Shown here: positions 63,077 through 64,000 of the stretch, in pieces | How positions within the stretch are numbered: the stretch's first letter is position 1 | How the letters are laid out: the number at the start of each line of letters is the position of its first letter | Source of the DNA: Candidatus Marinacidobacterales bacterium | Lineage (GTDB): Bacteria > Acidobacteriota > Vicinamibacteria > Marinacidobacterales > DATDRI01 | Direction: 5' to 3' | Assembly: GCA_965219415.1 (NCBI GenBank) | Contig: OZ244742.1 | Coordinates: 1,792,001 to 1,856,000, forward strand | DNA: 64,000 nt | Notes under the pieces: model-generated | The model's input: the letters and a program-made list of their open reading frames with translations, nothing else | Databases searched by the model: none | Told to the model about the DNA's origin: nothing | Made by a program: the position numbers and the translations under genes

Positions 63077-64000
63077 ATTACCGATTCGACACCTCGGCTC
63101 CTGGAGCGTGGGGATTGGGCTCCCGACTTCGTCCTCCCGTCTCAGCAAGGCGTTCCGACCCGGTTCATCGGCAAGGCCGGAGGCACGCCGACCGTTCTCC
63201 TCTTTTACGACACGAACCAAAACGAGTCGTCACTGGAAGAGCTCGAGCAGTTCACACAGGCTCTCGCCCATAAACAGCTCGGCATCTTCGCGGTGAATCG
63301 GGAAACACCGGACTCCAATCGGCAAGCTTTCGAGAAACATTCGATCCCGTTTCTCGCATTTTCGGACACCGATGGTGCCGTGGCCTCTCACTACGGCGTT
63401 GGCCAGGGGAGCAAGATGACGGTGTTCGTATTGAGCTCGAACCTGCGAGTTCTCTTCGCGCACTCCCTTAAGGAGACCGAGACGTGGGCCGGTCGGGTCG
63501 CCACGCTGTTGGATACGTTGCCGCAACAGCAAGCAGTCGAGGTCGAATCGCAAGCCCCGGTTCTCTTCGTCCCCGACGTCTTGGATGACCGATACTGCGA
63601 GCAACTCATCGCCGTTTGGCGAACCGAGGGCAACGTGGAAACGGGTGTCGAGCAATCTGAGGAACGTGGGCGGGCGGACGTCATCGCCCCGGAAACGAAG
63701 CGGCGGCGAGACCACACGGTGGAAGATGCGGAGCTCCTACGCGATCTGACCTCTCGCGTTGGACGGCGTGTCGTTCCGGCGGTCCGGCAGGCGTTTTCTT
63801 TTCGAGCTACTCGATTCGAAGGCTTTAAGATCGCCCGCTACGACGCCGTGGAGGGCGGCTTCTTCGGAGCCCACCGGGACAATCTAAGTCCCACCACCGC
63901 CCATCGCCGTTTCGCATTGACGCTGAACCTGAACGAGGGCTATGGGGGCGGGCACTTGCGATTCCCCGAGTACGGATCGCATCTCTACCGGCCGAAGCGA
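63077..64000 (+). CDS. AhpC/TSA-like domain fused to a 2OG-Fe(II) oxygenase; runs off the window (not in the ORF track)
   Basis: Hand translation LERGDWAPDFVLP...FSDTDGAV...QAPVLFVPDVL...KRRRD...YDAVEGGFFGAHRDN...RFALTLNLN...GGHLRFPEYG. The apparent start is ATT, 7 nt after GGAG. Confidence 0.82.
   Translation, partial: MTDSTPRLLERGDWAPDFVLPSQQGVPTRFIGKAGGTPTVLLFYDTNQNESSLEELEQFTQALAHKQLGIFAVNRETPDSNRQAFEKHSIPFLAFSDTDGAVASHYGVGQGSKMTVFVLSSNLRVLFAHSLKETETWAGRVATLLDTLPQQQAVEVESQAPVLFVPDVLDDRYCEQLIAVWRTEGNVETGVEQSEERGRADVIAPETKRRRDHTVEDAELLRDLTSRVGRRVVPAVRQAFSFRATRFEGFKIARYDAVEGGFFGAHRDNLSPTTAHRRFALTLNLNEGYGGGHLRFPEYGSHLYRPKR

Noticed and set aside
1-64000. CRISPR array, rRNA/tRNA, prophage, retron or DGR
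   Set aside because: I saw no regularly spaced repeats, RNA gene signatures, phage structural genes or reverse transcriptase motifs by eye; short dispersed repeats could have been missed.

Overview
GC-rich bacterial chromosomal DNA, probably Acidobacteriota (Vicinamibacteria-like). That placement is inferred from the Ser/Thr kinase-TM-TPR architecture, the HNH family and the many secreted peptidases. The window holds about 58 genes: peptide and amine scavenging (S8, S9, M24 and M28 peptidases, TAXI-TRAP, oligopeptide ABC ATPases, PLP decarboxylases, spermidine dehydrogenase-like, ALDH), DNA repair (two UDGs, AlkA/OGG-like, RNase HII), three DinB-fold genes and a dynamin. One complete ISL3 element (24326-25710) interrupts an AT-richer MBL-fold hydrolase gene. 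The most striking property is that about a third of the genes (19 counted by eye) are broken, by 1-bp indels, in-frame stops consistent with C>T changes, or deletions that fuse neighbouring genes. This is either real genome decay or a sequencing/assembly artefact. I saw no rRNA, tRNA, CRISPR array or prophage, and I cannot support a clear-cut new multi-gene system. The best leads are a GGA-rich four-hairpin intergenic element (31629-31763), two 5'-truncated HNH-family remnants behind similar TTGACAG promoters, and several enzymes with divergent catalytic motifs. All family assignments are by motif recognition, without database searches.
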